From: an uncultured Chloroflexia bacterium | GTDB lineage: Bacteria > Chloroflexota > Limnocylindria > Limnocylindrales > CSP1-4 | NCBI GenBank assembly: GCA_963842695.1 | Contig: CAWJHK010000015.1 | Coordinates: 4,834-68,833, forward strand | Length of the DNA stretch: 64,000 nucleotides | Reading direction: 5' to 3' | Part shown: in pieces, positions 18,534 to 27,324 of the stretch | Layout of the letters: every line of letters starts with the position of its first letter | Position numbering within the stretch: position 1 is the first letter of the stretch | The notes under the pieces: model-generated | Seen by the model: only the letters and a program-made list of their open reading frames with translations | Told to the model about the DNA's origin: nothing | Databases searched by the model: none | Program-made: the position numbers and the translations under genes

Positions 18534-19676
18534 TCAGCGGTCCAACGTTTGGGCCTCGAACAGCTCCCATTCACCGGGAACGCCGCGCAGGTTCGTGACG
18601 CCCAGCGGCTTGAAGGTCAGGTCTGTGCCGGTCGCGAGGTCGCGGACCGTCCTGGTCACCACCACCTGGCCGGGGTCTGCGGCGCCCAGCACTCGCGCGG
18701 CGATGTGCACCCCGATGCCACCGACCCCGGTCTCGCCGCGTTCGATCTCGCCGGTATGGATGCCTGCCCGGATCTCGATGTCGAGGTCGCGCGCCGCGGC
18801 GACCAGGTCGAAGGCGCACCGCAGGGCGCGGGTCGGCGCGTCGAAGATGGCGATGACTCCATCGCCCGCGAACTCCATGTTCTGGCCGTGCCAGCGCTCC
18901 ACCTCGCCGTGGACGACACGATGGTGTTGCTCGAGGAGCTTCTTCCAGGCACGGTCGCCCATCGCGGCTGCCCGACCGGTCGAGTCGACGATGTCGGCGA
19001 ACAAGACCGTCGCCAGCGTTCGGTCGATGTCCTCGGCGGCCTGGAGGGAGCGGACCTGCTCGCGCGTCCACTGATATTGCTCGGCGAAGGGGCCGGTCGG
19101 CTCCTTGCTCGCCGGTACGTACGTGTGCAAGACGACACCGGAGTCGAACGAGCGTGTGTCGACCAGGCGCAGGTGGTGGATGTCGACGCGATCGCGGAAC
19201 AGTCGCTTGCCGCTGCCCAGGATGACGGGGTAGATCAGCAGGCGGAATTCGTCCACCAGGTCATGGCGCATGAGCTCGTCGACGAGGTCCGGGCTGCCGT
19301 AGACGACGAGGTCGCCGCCCGGCTCTGCCTTCAGCTTCGTGACCTGGGTCGCTACCTCGCCCGAGAGGATCGTCGTGTTGTTCCAGTCGGCGCGTTTCAG
19401 GGTGTTGGACACGACGTACTTCGGGATGGCATTCATCTTCTCGGTCATCTCGGGGTCGCCGCCGCTGGCGGTCGGCCAGAACGCTGCCCAGATCTGCCAG
19501 GTCCGACGGCCGAGCAGCAACGCGTCGGCCGACATGATCTGGCCCTTGTTGTAGACCTCGTCGTCATCGGTCTGGATGCGAAGGGCCCACGCGTTGCGCC
19601 CGGTCCGGTGCTCGTCGTACCCCGGCCCCTCGACGATACCGTCGAGCGTCACGAACGAGGTCACGACGAGCTTCAT
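18534..19676 (-). CDS. Fusion protein: RibD_C/DHFR-like domain + class III adenylate/guanylate cyclase catalytic domain
   Basis: The N-terminal MKLVVTSFVTLDGIV..LLLGRRTWQIW..KYVVSNTL..VVYGSPDLVDELMRHDLVDEFRLLIYPVILGSGKRLF is paralogous to 21375-21983 and 25569-26165. The C-terminal LATVLFADIVDSTG..MEFAGDGVIAIF..IRAGIHTGE..GIGVHIAARV is the cyclase domain. Start taken at the ATG at 19676. Confidence 0.8.
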   Translation of the reverse strand: MKLVVTSFVTLDGIVEGPGYDEHRTGRNAWALRIQTDDDEVYNKGQIMSADALLLGRRTWQIWAAFWPTASGGDPEMTEKMNAIPKYVVSNTLKRADWNNTTILSGEVATQVTKLKAEPGGDLVVYGSPDLVDELMRHDLVDEFRLLIYPVILGSGKRLFRDRVDIHHLRLVDTRSFDSGVVLHTYVPASKEPTGPFAEQYQWTREQVRSLQAAEDIDRTLATVLFADIVDSTGRAAAMGDRAWKKLLEQHHRVVHGEVERWHGQNMEFAGDGVIAIFDAPTRALRCAFDLVAAARDLDIEIRAGIHTGEIERGETGVGGIGVHIAARVLGAADPGQVVVTRTVRDLATGTDLTFKPLGVTNLRGVPGEWELFEAQTLDR

Positions 19677-19766
19677 CGCCAAAGACTAGTGGGCGGCATC
19701 CACGGATGCGGACCCTGATCCGGGTCATCGCCGTTCCGGCGACCATCGCAGCGACCGTTGGCGGGC

Positions 19767-19796
19767 GGTGTCACGCCGGCGGTATGGTGTGACACC
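19767..19796. promoter_or_regulatory. Inverted repeat GGTGTCAC-N14-GTGACACC in the cyclase / FAD-oxidase divergent intergenic region
   Basis: Perfect 8-bp arms at 19767-19774 and 19789-19796, 36 nt upstream of the FAD-oxidase ATG. Candidate operator or hairpin. Confidence 0.3.
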
Positions 19797-19831
19797 TGCC
19801 CTTGGACCGCGAAGACCGTTGGGAGGAAATC

Positions 19832-21232
19832 ATGGTCGAAGCAGGAACCCGACTCGCGCCACGCCACCTCGGTCAGCTGCGCCGATCGTGCGGCGACATC
19901 GTCGCGCCCGAAGACGAGGACTACGACGAGGCACGCCGTCTCTGGAACGCGATCCACGATCGGCGACCGGCGGTCATCGCGCGGCCGAGGAACGCCCGGG
20001 AGGTCGCGGCCGCGGTCGCCTTCGGACGCGAGCACGACCTCGAGATCGCCCTCCAGTCCGGCGGACACGCCGCACGCGGGTTGGCCGGGCCGGATGGCGG
20101 CCTCGTCATCAATCTGTCGAACATGCGCGGCGTCGAGGTCGATCCGCGGGCTCGCATCGCCCGCGCGAACGGCGGCGCCTTCCTGGGCGAGCTCGATATC
20201 GCCGCACAGGCCCACGGCCTCGTCTGCCCGGTCGGGGTCGTCGGTCATACGGGCGTGGCGGGACTGACCCTCGGTGGGGGAGTCGGCCGGCTCCAGCGCC
20301 GCTTCGGCCTCACGATCGACAACCTGGCGGCCGTCGAGCTCGTGACCGCCGACGGCCGGATCGTGCGTGTGACCGAAACCGAGGAGCCCGAGCTCTTCTG
20401 GGGCCTCCGTGGCGCCGGCTGGAACTTCGGGATCGCGACGGCGTTCGAGCTCCGGCTCCAGCCGTTCGGACCGGACCTCCATCGGGGCGTCCTGACCTTC
20501 CCGGCCGCACTCGTCCACGAGATCTGGGGCATCTTCCACGCTTTCGCTGCGGGCGCCCCCGATGCCCTGACCCTGATCTTCGGCATCGGCCGGGCCGGAG
20601 AAGGGGAGGGCTACCCCGACGAAGTGGTCGGACGGCCGATCGTCTACATCGCCTGGAACCACGGCGGATCGCCGGAGGAGGCCGAGCGGGACACGGTGAC
20701 CCTGCGCTCCGGGCCGGAGCCGCTGACGACCACGATCGGCAGCAGCCCGTACCTCGACGTCCAGACCGCCCACGACCTCGCGTTCTCCTGGGGCGGTCGC
20801 TCGTTCATCAAGAGCCAGAACGCGAATGACGTTCGACCCGAGGCGCTCGGCGAGGTGGTCGAGCTCGCCGGAACCGGGCCGGGCGGCGCGAGCTTCTCGA
20901 TCACCGCGCTGGGAGGCGCGATCGCCAGCGTTCCGGAGGATGCGACCGCTTACGCCGGTCGGGCCGTGGCGTTCGACCTGAGCGCCGACTCGAGCTGGGA
21001 TGACGCGGCGGACGACGAGGCGAACATCGACTGGTGCCGCCGGGTGATCGCGGCCTTCGATCCCGATCGGGCGCTCGGCGCCTACCCGAACGGCAACAGC
21101 GACGCCGGCCCAGATGAGACGCTGCGGTTCTTCGGCGAGACGAAGGTCGCCCGCCTGGCGGCGCTCAAGCGAGCCTGGGACCCAGACAACGTGTTCCACA
21201 TCAACCCGAATGTGGCGCCGGCGCGAGCCTGA
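19832..21232 (+). CDS. FAD-linked oxidase (PCMH-type FAD-binding domain, berberine-bridge-enzyme-like C-terminus)
   Basis: ..IARPRNAREVAAAVAFGREHDLEIALQSGGH..GVVGHTGVAGLTLGGGVGRLQRRFGL.. and C-terminal ..LKRAWDPDNVFHINPNV. GGGAGGA Shine-Dalgarno before the ATG at 19832. Confidence 0.85.
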   Translation: MVEAGTRLAPRHLGQLRRSCGDIVAPEDEDYDEARRLWNAIHDRRPAVIARPRNAREVAAAVAFGREHDLEIALQSGGHAARGLAGPDGGLVINLSNMRGVEVDPRARIARANGGAFLGELDIAAQAHGLVCPVGVVGHTGVAGLTLGGGVGRLQRRFGLTIDNLAAVELVTADGRIVRVTETEEPELFWGLRGAGWNFGIATAFELRLQPFGPDLHRGVLTFPAALVHEIWGIFHAFAAGAPDALTLIFGIGRAGEGEGYPDEVVGRPIVYIAWNHGGSPEEAERDTVTLRSGPEPLTTTIGSSPYLDVQTAHDLAFSWGGRSFIKSQNANDVRPEALGEVVELAGTGPGGASFSITALGGAIASVPEDATAYAGRAVAFDLSADSSWDDAADDEANIDWCRRVIAAFDPDRALGAYPNGNSDAGPDETLRFFGETKVARLAALKRAWDPDNVFHINPNVAPARA

Positions 21233-21374
21233 CGAGCGGCGCCTGGACGATAACCACGCGGTGGTGTCGGTTCGGGGCCGTGGTGTTCGTAGTACGGGTC
21301 AGCGGCAGCCCAGAAGGGTGCCCCCCAAACCGACGGTCGACACGTCTCGACCCGGACTCGAAGGAGCGATGACG

Positions 21375-21983
21375 ATGAAGCTATTCGCCTCGATGATGGT
21401 GACCCTGGACGGCGTGTACCAGGGCCCCGGAGGCCCCGACGAGGACCGACGCGACGGGTTCGATCGCGGCGGCTGGACCGCGGCCTTCGGCGACGACGAG
21501 GGATGGCAATTCCTTGTCGCAATGTTCGAGCGCGCGGACGCGTTCCTGCTCGGACGCAAGACCTGGGAGATCTGGGAACCCTACTGGCCGCTTCACGACG
21601 CGGGCGATCCGGTCTCCCACGGGATCAACGTCCTGCCAAAGTACGTGCCCTCGACGACGCTCAAGGACCCTACGTGGCAAGACACCCACGTCATCGACGG
21701 CGATGTCGAGGCTGCCGTGCGCGAGCTCAAGGCGAAGCCCGGGCGCGAGCTCCAGGTCCATGGCAGCGGCGAATTGCTCCGGTGGCTGCTCGAGCGCGAC
21801 CTCGTCGACGAGCTCAACCTGCGGATCTACCCGGTCGTACTGGGCGACGGGCTGCGACTGTTCGCGGAGCACGGCCAGACGCACAACCTGGAACTGATCG
21901 AGACGAAGTCGACGGCGTCCGGCGTGATGCTCCAGACCTATCGACTAGCCGGCCGGGCCACGTTCGGAAACGCCGGGGACTGA
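21375..21983 (+). CDS. Dihydrofolate-reductase-family protein (RibD C-terminal domain)
   Basis: MKLFASMMVTLDGVYQGPGG..FLLGRKTWEIWEPYWP..KYVPSTTL..LQVHGSGELLRWLLERDLVDELNLRIYPVVLGDGLRLF. GAAGGAG Shine-Dalgarno. Confidence 0.8.
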   Translation: MKLFASMMVTLDGVYQGPGGPDEDRRDGFDRGGWTAAFGDDEGWQFLVAMFERADAFLLGRKTWEIWEPYWPLHDAGDPVSHGINVLPKYVPSTTLKDPTWQDTHVIDGDVEAAVRELKAKPGRELQVHGSGELLRWLLERDLVDELNLRIYPVVLGDGLRLFAEHGQTHNLELIETKSTASGVMLQTYRLAGRATFGNAGD

Positions 21984-22140
21984 CGCCGGCGCCTTCTGCC
22001 GCGTAACGTCTGAGGGGTGTCCCGCGTCCCAGTCCCACCGGCCGAGGCGACCCTCGCGTGACAGATTCAAGTGCACAAGCGAAGATGTCGCGGCTGCCAG
22101 GGACCAAGCCCGGCGCAGGCCGAGCACGCATGAGCATCTG

Positions 22141-24261
22141 ATGACCGATCTGCCCAACTCCGCAGCCGACGGGGCTGCCAACGCCTCCACACCCGACGGA
22201 GAGACGCCCGCCGGCGACCCAGAGTTGGCGGCGCTCGTCCAGAGTGACGCACTGCCGTCCGGCGACCCAGAGCTCGCGGAGCTCGTCCAGCGCGACGCCG
22301 CCCCGGCTGATGAGACCACCGTCGTTGCGGTTGCGCCGGGCGAGCCGATCGACACTGCCGCGGCGGATACGTCGCCGACCTCCGAGCCCGGCGTCGATGC
22401 CGTGCCGGTCCTGCTCCCCGTAGCCGCCCTGACCGACTTCGAGCCCCCGGCACGGCCTCGGCGCCGACGGTCGCTCGCCCTCCGCTTCGGCGCCGCGTTC
22501 GTCCTGGGCTTCCTGCTCGCCGTTGGCATCGGCACCGGCGTCCTGTACGCATGGGGCCAGCAGTACGACGGCCGGGTCATGCCCGGCGTCCGCCTCGGCA
22601 GCACGGAACTCGGCGGGCTCACCCGCGAGCAGGCGGCGGCGGAGATCGCGAACGCCTACGGATCGCTCGGTACCGGGCAGATCACGCTCACCGGCCCGGA
22701 CGGCCAGACGACGACCATCAGCTACGCCGACATGGGCCGCGGCCCCGATACCTCGGCGCTGGTCGACGCGGCACTCGGGGCAGGTCGCCAGGGCGACCCC
22801 CTCATGAACCTCATCGGCGCACCCCGGACCGCGATCAACGGCGTGACGATCGACCCCGCCGTTGCCTACGACCGCGAGAAGCTCGCCGCCGCCGTCGAGA
22901 CCCTCGCCACGACGATCGACCAGACCCCGGTGGATGCCTCCGTGTCGGCCGGCCAGGGCGGGACGCTGACCGTCTCCCCGGCGAAGGACGGTCGTGCCGT
23001 GGACAAGACGGCCCTGCTGACCGCGCTCGACGCGCAGCTCGCGGCGCTCGGCACGCCGGCGTCGATCGCGATGGCCGTGCCGGTCGCGCCGTTGGCACCC
23101 GCCGTCGCCACTGCCGCGGCCGAGGCGGCGAAGGCGGCCGCGGTTCGAATGGCCGCCGACGTGGTCGTCACCCGGGGCGAGGACAGCTGGACGATCGCCG
23201 GCACGAGCCTCGCGCCGCTGATCTCGTTCTCGACCGCGGCCGACGGGAGCATCACCCCGGTCGTTGACGAGACGGGCCTCGACCCGATCCTCACAGCCCT
23301 GGCCAAGAACGTGAACCGGGCCGCGAAGGACGCGGGCCTCAAGCTGGTCGGCGGACACGTCGTCGCCACCGGCTCCAGCCACGAGGGCCGAACGCTCGAC
23401 GCCGCCGGCACGAAGGCCGCCATCATCAGCTCGCTCGAGGCCCGCCAGGCGGGCGCGGCGGCATCGCCGGTCGCGGCCGTCGTCAAGGCCGTCGACCCGA
23501 AGCTGACCACGACGGACGCCAAGGCCTTCGCCCCCAAGATGCGGATGATCAGCTCGTACAGCGTCTACTACTTCGTCATCGTCAACAACCACTGGGGCGG
23601 GAACATCGAGGGTCCGGCAACGGTGATCAACGGCACGGTCGTGCCGGCGGGCCAGAAGTTCGACTTCTGGAAAGTGGTCGGCGACCTGCACGATGCGCCC
23701 GGCACCGGGCCGGGCAACGCGATCGAAGGCGGAAAGATCACCGTCACCGGCGCGTTCGGCGGCGGCATCTGCACCACGTCGACGACGCTGTTCAACGCGG
23801 CGTTCCGGGCCGGCATGATCCCGCTCGCCCGACAGAATCACAACGAGTTCATCAACCGGTATCCGCCGGGGCTCGATGCCACCGTGTGGATCGTCGGCAA
23901 GGCCAAACAGACGATGAGCTTCCGGAACGACACCGAGTACCCGATCCTGATCTCGCGGACCGTGACCGGCAACAGCAGCAAGCGGTGGCTCACGTTCAAG
24001 ATCTGGAGCGTGCCGAACGGCCGGAAAGCCACGGTCACCAACACGGTCATCCAGCCGGGGGAGCGCGCGATCCACAAGACCGTGAAGGATCCGACCAAGC
24101 CGGTGGGGTACCGCTTCTTCAACAACTCCGCGGTGGACGGCGCCAGGGTGTGGACCACCGTGACGATCTACGACCACGGCAAGCTCCACTGGCAGAAGCG
24201 GTACTACTCGAACTACCCGGCCGTGGACGGCGTCACGATCGTAGGGACCAGACAGACCTGA
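22141..24261 (+). CDS. VanW-family protein with N-terminal membrane anchor and repeated PG_binding_4-like domains
   Basis: TM segment LALRFGAAFVLGFLLAVGIGTGVLYAW. The C-terminal VanW core reads ..GGGICTTSTTLFNAAFRAGMIPLARQNHNEFINRYPPGLDATV... Confidence 0.85.
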   Translation: MTDLPNSAADGAANASTPDGETPAGDPELAALVQSDALPSGDPELAELVQRDAAPADETTVVAVAPGEPIDTAAADTSPTSEPGVDAVPVLLPVAALTDFEPPARPRRRRSLALRFGAAFVLGFLLAVGIGTGVLYAWGQQYDGRVMPGVRLGSTELGGLTREQAAAEIANAYGSLGTGQITLTGPDGQTTTISYADMGRGPDTSALVDAALGAGRQGDPLMNLIGAPRTAINGVTIDPAVAYDREKLAAAVETLATTIDQTPVDASVSAGQGGTLTVSPAKDGRAVDKTALLTALDAQLAALGTPASIAMAVPVAPLAPAVATAAAEAAKAAAVRMAADVVVTRGEDSWTIAGTSLAPLISFSTAADGSITPVVDETGLDPILTALAKNVNRAAKDAGLKLVGGHVVATGSSHEGRTLDAAGTKAAIISSLEARQAGAAASPVAAVVKAVDPKLTTTDAKAFAPKMRMISSYSVYYFVIVNNHWGGNIEGPATVINGTVVPAGQKFDFWKVVGDLHDAPGTGPGNAIEGGKITVTGAFGGGICTTSTTLFNAAFRAGMIPLARQNHNEFINRYPPGLDATVWIVGKAKQTMSFRNDTEYPILISRTVTGNSSKRWLTFKIWSVPNGRKATVTNTVIQPGERAIHKTVKDPTKPVGYRFFNNSAVDGARVWTTVTIYDHGKLHWQKRYYSNYPAVDGVTIVGTRQT
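22213..22308 (+). repeat. Imperfect 48-nt tandem duplication inside the VanW N-terminus
   Basis: GGCGACCCAGAG..CTCGTCCAG.. occurs twice, starting at 22213 and 22261. It encodes GDPELAALVQSDALPS / GDPELAELVQRDAAPA. Confidence 0.6.
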
Positions 24262-24278
24262 CGCCGGCCTGACGAGCC

Positions 24279-24752
24279 ATGGAGCCACGCGTCGGCATCG
24301 CGCACATCGAAGTCACGGCAGCCGACGGAACGTTCGCGATCGGCCGGGAGGCCTTTCCGGACTTCGAGCGGTACGCCCGGCTCGGCGTCCACGTCCAGTC
24401 GGACCAGGTGCGGATCGCGACGCCGCTTCCGGGCTACGTCGAGGCCGCGTTGACTGCCCTCGCCGACGCCTGCCGGGAGCTCGGCGTCCCGCACGCCGAT
24501 GTCGCCTTCGTCGACACGGTGGTCCCGCCACCGCGCTCCGGGCTGCGCTACGGCTTCAAGGGCGCATACACAACGGATCGGCCCGAGGTGATCTGGATCT
24601 TCGCGAACTGGACGAGTCAGGACGAGCTTCGGACGGTCGTGCGGCACGAGGCGGCGCATCTCGCCTTCGCGCGGTCGCACACGGTCGAGGAGTCGGCCGG
24701 CCACACGGGACCGTCCGAGGACTTCGCGCTGGCGTTCGAGAACGCTTCCTAG
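24279..24752 (+). CDS. Hypothetical protein with HExxH motif
   Basis: 157 aa with ..TVVRHEAAHLAF... Followed by an imperfect hairpin. No family recognised. Confidence 0.45.
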   Translation: MEPRVGIAHIEVTAADGTFAIGREAFPDFERYARLGVHVQSDQVRIATPLPGYVEAALTALADACRELGVPHADVAFVDTVVPPPRSGLRYGFKGAYTTDRPEVIWIFANWTSQDELRTVVRHEAAHLAFARSHTVEESAGHTGPSEDFALAFENAS

Positions 24753-24897
24753 GGGCTCGCTGCGACGACCGAGCGGCCCCTGGCGCCTGCTGCGCCGAGA
24801 AGTCCGCGGTCGACACGACGCGCGCGACGCGTTCGTGGCCTTTCCCACCGCGACCGAGGTGTCTACCGTGTGTTCAACAGCACGGATTGGGCCCAAG

Positions 24898-25452
24898 GTG
24901 ACCGATTACCTCATTCTCCTGCGCGGTATCAACGTCGGCGGCAAGAACAAGGTGCCGATGGCGCGCTTGAGAGAGCTCCTGGAGGAGCTCGGCCATTCGG
25001 ACGTTTCCACGTACATCGCCAGCGGAAACGTGATGCTCCGCTCCGATAGCCCGCCGGGCGAGACCAAGCGCCAGATCGAAGAGGCATTACCCAGGGCCTT
25101 CAGGCTCGACAGCGAGCTCATCGCCGTCGTCGTCCTGACTCGCGCCCAGCTTCAAGCCGTCGTGGACCACAAGCCTGAAGGCTTTGGCGAGCATCCCGAG
25201 CGGTTTCATAGCGATGTGATCTTCCTGATGGGGATCGATGCGGCGTCGGCCATGCAGGTCTTCGACCCGCGCCCCGGCGTCGACCGTGTGTGGCCAGGTG
25301 ATGGCGTCATCTACTCGCAGCGTCTCAGCGCTCAGCGCACGAAGAGCCGTCTCAACAAGGCTCTGAGCACCCCGACCTACAAGAAGATGACGGTTCGCAG
25401 CTGGGCGACCACGACCGCGCTGCTCGAATTGCTGCGAGCGCGCCGAGCCTGA
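24898..25452 (+). CDS. DUF1697-family protein
   Basis: VTDYLILLRGINVGGKNKVPMARLRELLEELGHSDVSTYIASGNV.. is the DUF1697 N-terminal signature. The start (GTG 24898) is uncertain. Codon usage is atypical (TTA, AGA, AGG). Confidence 0.7.
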   Translation: MTDYLILLRGINVGGKNKVPMARLRELLEELGHSDVSTYIASGNVMLRSDSPPGETKRQIEEALPRAFRLDSELIAVVVLTRAQLQAVVDHKPEGFGEHPERFHSDVIFLMGIDAASAMQVFDPRPGVDRVWPGDGVIYSQRLSAQRTKSRLNKALSTPTYKKMTVRSWATTTALLELLRARRA

Positions 25453-25568
25453 AGTCATCGGAGGTCCACCGCACACTGGCAGATGACGGTCACATTTCAT
25501 GAGCTGTCGACGCCGGCTGATGGCCCAGCGCCTCGGCGCGTCGCGTTATCGAACGGGGAGGTCGGAGG

Positions 25569-26165
25569 ATGGGAAAGATCGTCGCGGCGATCACGATGTC
25601 AGTGGACGGCTACATCACCGGCCCGGACGACGGCCCGGACAAGGGACTCGGTCAAGGCGGGGAGCGCCTGCATTACTGGGTCTTCGGCGGCCCCTGGAGC
25701 TACGACAACGAGCCGCAGGGCCACCCCGAAGGCGAGGACGCCGAGTACCTCAACGAGATGACGGCTCGCGCCGGGGCGATCGTCGTGGGCCGCACCATGT
25801 ACGAGGCCGCGGGGCACTGGGGCGACAAGAACCCGTTCGGCATGCCCGTCTTCGTGGTCACCCACCGGCCCGAGGAGGAGCCCGACGCCGGCGAGTTCAG
25901 CTTCGTCGGAAGCTTCGATCAGGCGATCGATCGCGCGAAGGAGGCCGCCGGGGACAAGGCGGTGAGCATCGGTGGCGGCGGCGACGTGATCCGGCAGGGG
26001 CTCGATGCCGGCATCGTCGACGAGCTCCACATCATCGTGGCGCCGGTCATCCTCGGGGGCGGCAAGCACCTCTTCGAGGACTTCACGAAGTCCCTAGATC
26101 TCGAGAACCGCGGCGTGCGCCAGTCCCGGTGGGCGACGTTCATGGAGTTCGGAGTGAAGCGGTAG
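25569..26165 (+). CDS. Dihydrofolate-reductase-family protein (RibD C-terminal domain)
   Basis: MGKIVAAITMSVDGYITGPDDG..IVVGRTMYE..VSIGGGGDVIRQGLDAGIVDELHIIVAPVILGGGKHLF. GGGGAGG..GGAGG Shine-Dalgarno. Confidence 0.8.
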   Translation: MGKIVAAITMSVDGYITGPDDGPDKGLGQGGERLHYWVFGGPWSYDNEPQGHPEGEDAEYLNEMTARAGAIVVGRTMYEAAGHWGDKNPFGMPVFVVTHRPEEEPDAGEFSFVGSFDQAIDRAKEAAGDKAVSIGGGGDVIRQGLDAGIVDELHIIVAPVILGGGKHLFEDFTKSLDLENRGVRQSRWATFMEFGVKR

Positions 26166-26172
26166 GCCCGCG

Positions 26173-27192
26173 ATGGAAAGCGCCCGCGCCGAATCCCTGA
26201 TCGTCACGGCCGAGGATGCCCGCGCCGCGATGCGACGCGGTGAGAACGCGGAGGGCGTCGAGGCGTTCGAGGCAACGTATGCCGACATGTGCGAGGCGCT
26301 CGACTGGCTTCTCCAGGTCGGCCGCGCCGACGACGCATTCCGCCTCTCGGCGGCGATGACCCAATTCTGGATGGCGTCAAAACGCGTCGACGAGGGGAAG
26401 ACGTGGCTTGAAGGAGCCCTCGAGACGGGGCAGGGGAGCGACGCCGGTCGTGCCCGCGGCCTCCACGACCTCGGCTACCTCGCCTTCTTCTCCGGCGGCT
26501 ACGACGTCGCCGCGCGTCGATTCGCCGAGTCTCGCCAGCTGGCCGAGCGGGCCGGCGACCGGAACGGCATCGCCCTCGCCCTGGCCGGCTCGGCGCGCGT
26601 CCAGCTCAACGACGACCCGGCGGCGTCGGTCGCCCTCCTCCGGGAGGCGATAGCGATCACGCAGGACGTGCCGGACAGCCTTGGCCGGTCGAGCGCCGAG
26701 CATGTCCTGGGCGTCGCGCTCCAGCTATCGGGCGATCTCGAGGGCGCCCGCGACGTCATGGCCGAGCGGCTGCGCCACGCCCGCGAGACCGGCAACGACT
26801 TCGTCGTCTTCGTCGAAGCGTCAAACCTGAGCATGGTCGAGCGCAAGCTCAACAACCTCGACACGGCCGAGGCACTCTCGCGCGAGGCCCTGCGCATCGT
26901 GGTCCGCAAGAACGACCAGATGGCGATCCCGTGGGTCATCAACGGCCTCGCCGCGGTGATCGCCGCGAAGGGGACCATCGAGCGCGCCGCGGAGCTCCTC
27001 GCCATCGCCGAGTCGCTCCTCGCCCGCGCCGGCGGCGAGTGGCCGGCCGACGAGCGCGAGCAGTACGACGGGACGCTCACGGCGGTGTCAGCCGTGTTGT
27101 CACCCGCCGAGCTCACCCGACTTCGGGCGCAAGCCGACGCGATGAGCCTCGATCAGGCCACCGCGGCCGCGCTCGACGCCGACGCCGATTGA
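26173..27192 (+). CDS. Stand-alone TPR-like repeat protein resembling the C-terminal domain of LAL/SARP-type regulators
   Basis: 339 aa of Ala/Leu-rich helical repeats (..GLHDLGYLAFFSGGYDVAARRFAESRQLAERAGDRNGIALALAGSARVQL..). No NTPase or DNA-binding domain. Confidence 0.55.
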   Translation: MESARAESLIVTAEDARAAMRRGENAEGVEAFEATYADMCEALDWLLQVGRADDAFRLSAAMTQFWMASKRVDEGKTWLEGALETGQGSDAGRARGLHDLGYLAFFSGGYDVAARRFAESRQLAERAGDRNGIALALAGSARVQLNDDPAASVALLREAIAITQDVPDSLGRSSAEHVLGVALQLSGDLEGARDVMAERLRHARETGNDFVVFVEASNLSMVERKLNNLDTAEALSREALRIVVRKNDQMAIPWVINGLAAVIAAKGTIERAAELLAIAESLLARAGGEWPADEREQYDGTLTAVSAVLSPAELTRLRAQADAMSLDQATAAALDADAD

Positions 27193-27324
27193 TCGGCTTA
27201 GGTCAGCCAAAGATCGAAGGCCTGCGGCTCGTTGGGGTCGGATCACGGCATCACGGCAGGCGGAGCCGGTCGCTGACATCGGGCGGCGGCGACCATGACG
27301 CCAGCATGGCGGCCGACGCGGCCC

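Noticed and set aside
19767-19796. The GGTGTCAC..GTGACACC palindrome as a CRP/GlxR (cAMP receptor) site next to the cyclase gene
   Set aside because: The half-site order and spacing do not match TGTGA-N6-TCACA. It is kept only as a generic inverted repeat.
21814-24288. 824-aa ORF on the minus strand
   Set aside because: It is antisense to the well-supported VanW gene and shows typical high-GC shadow-ORF composition.
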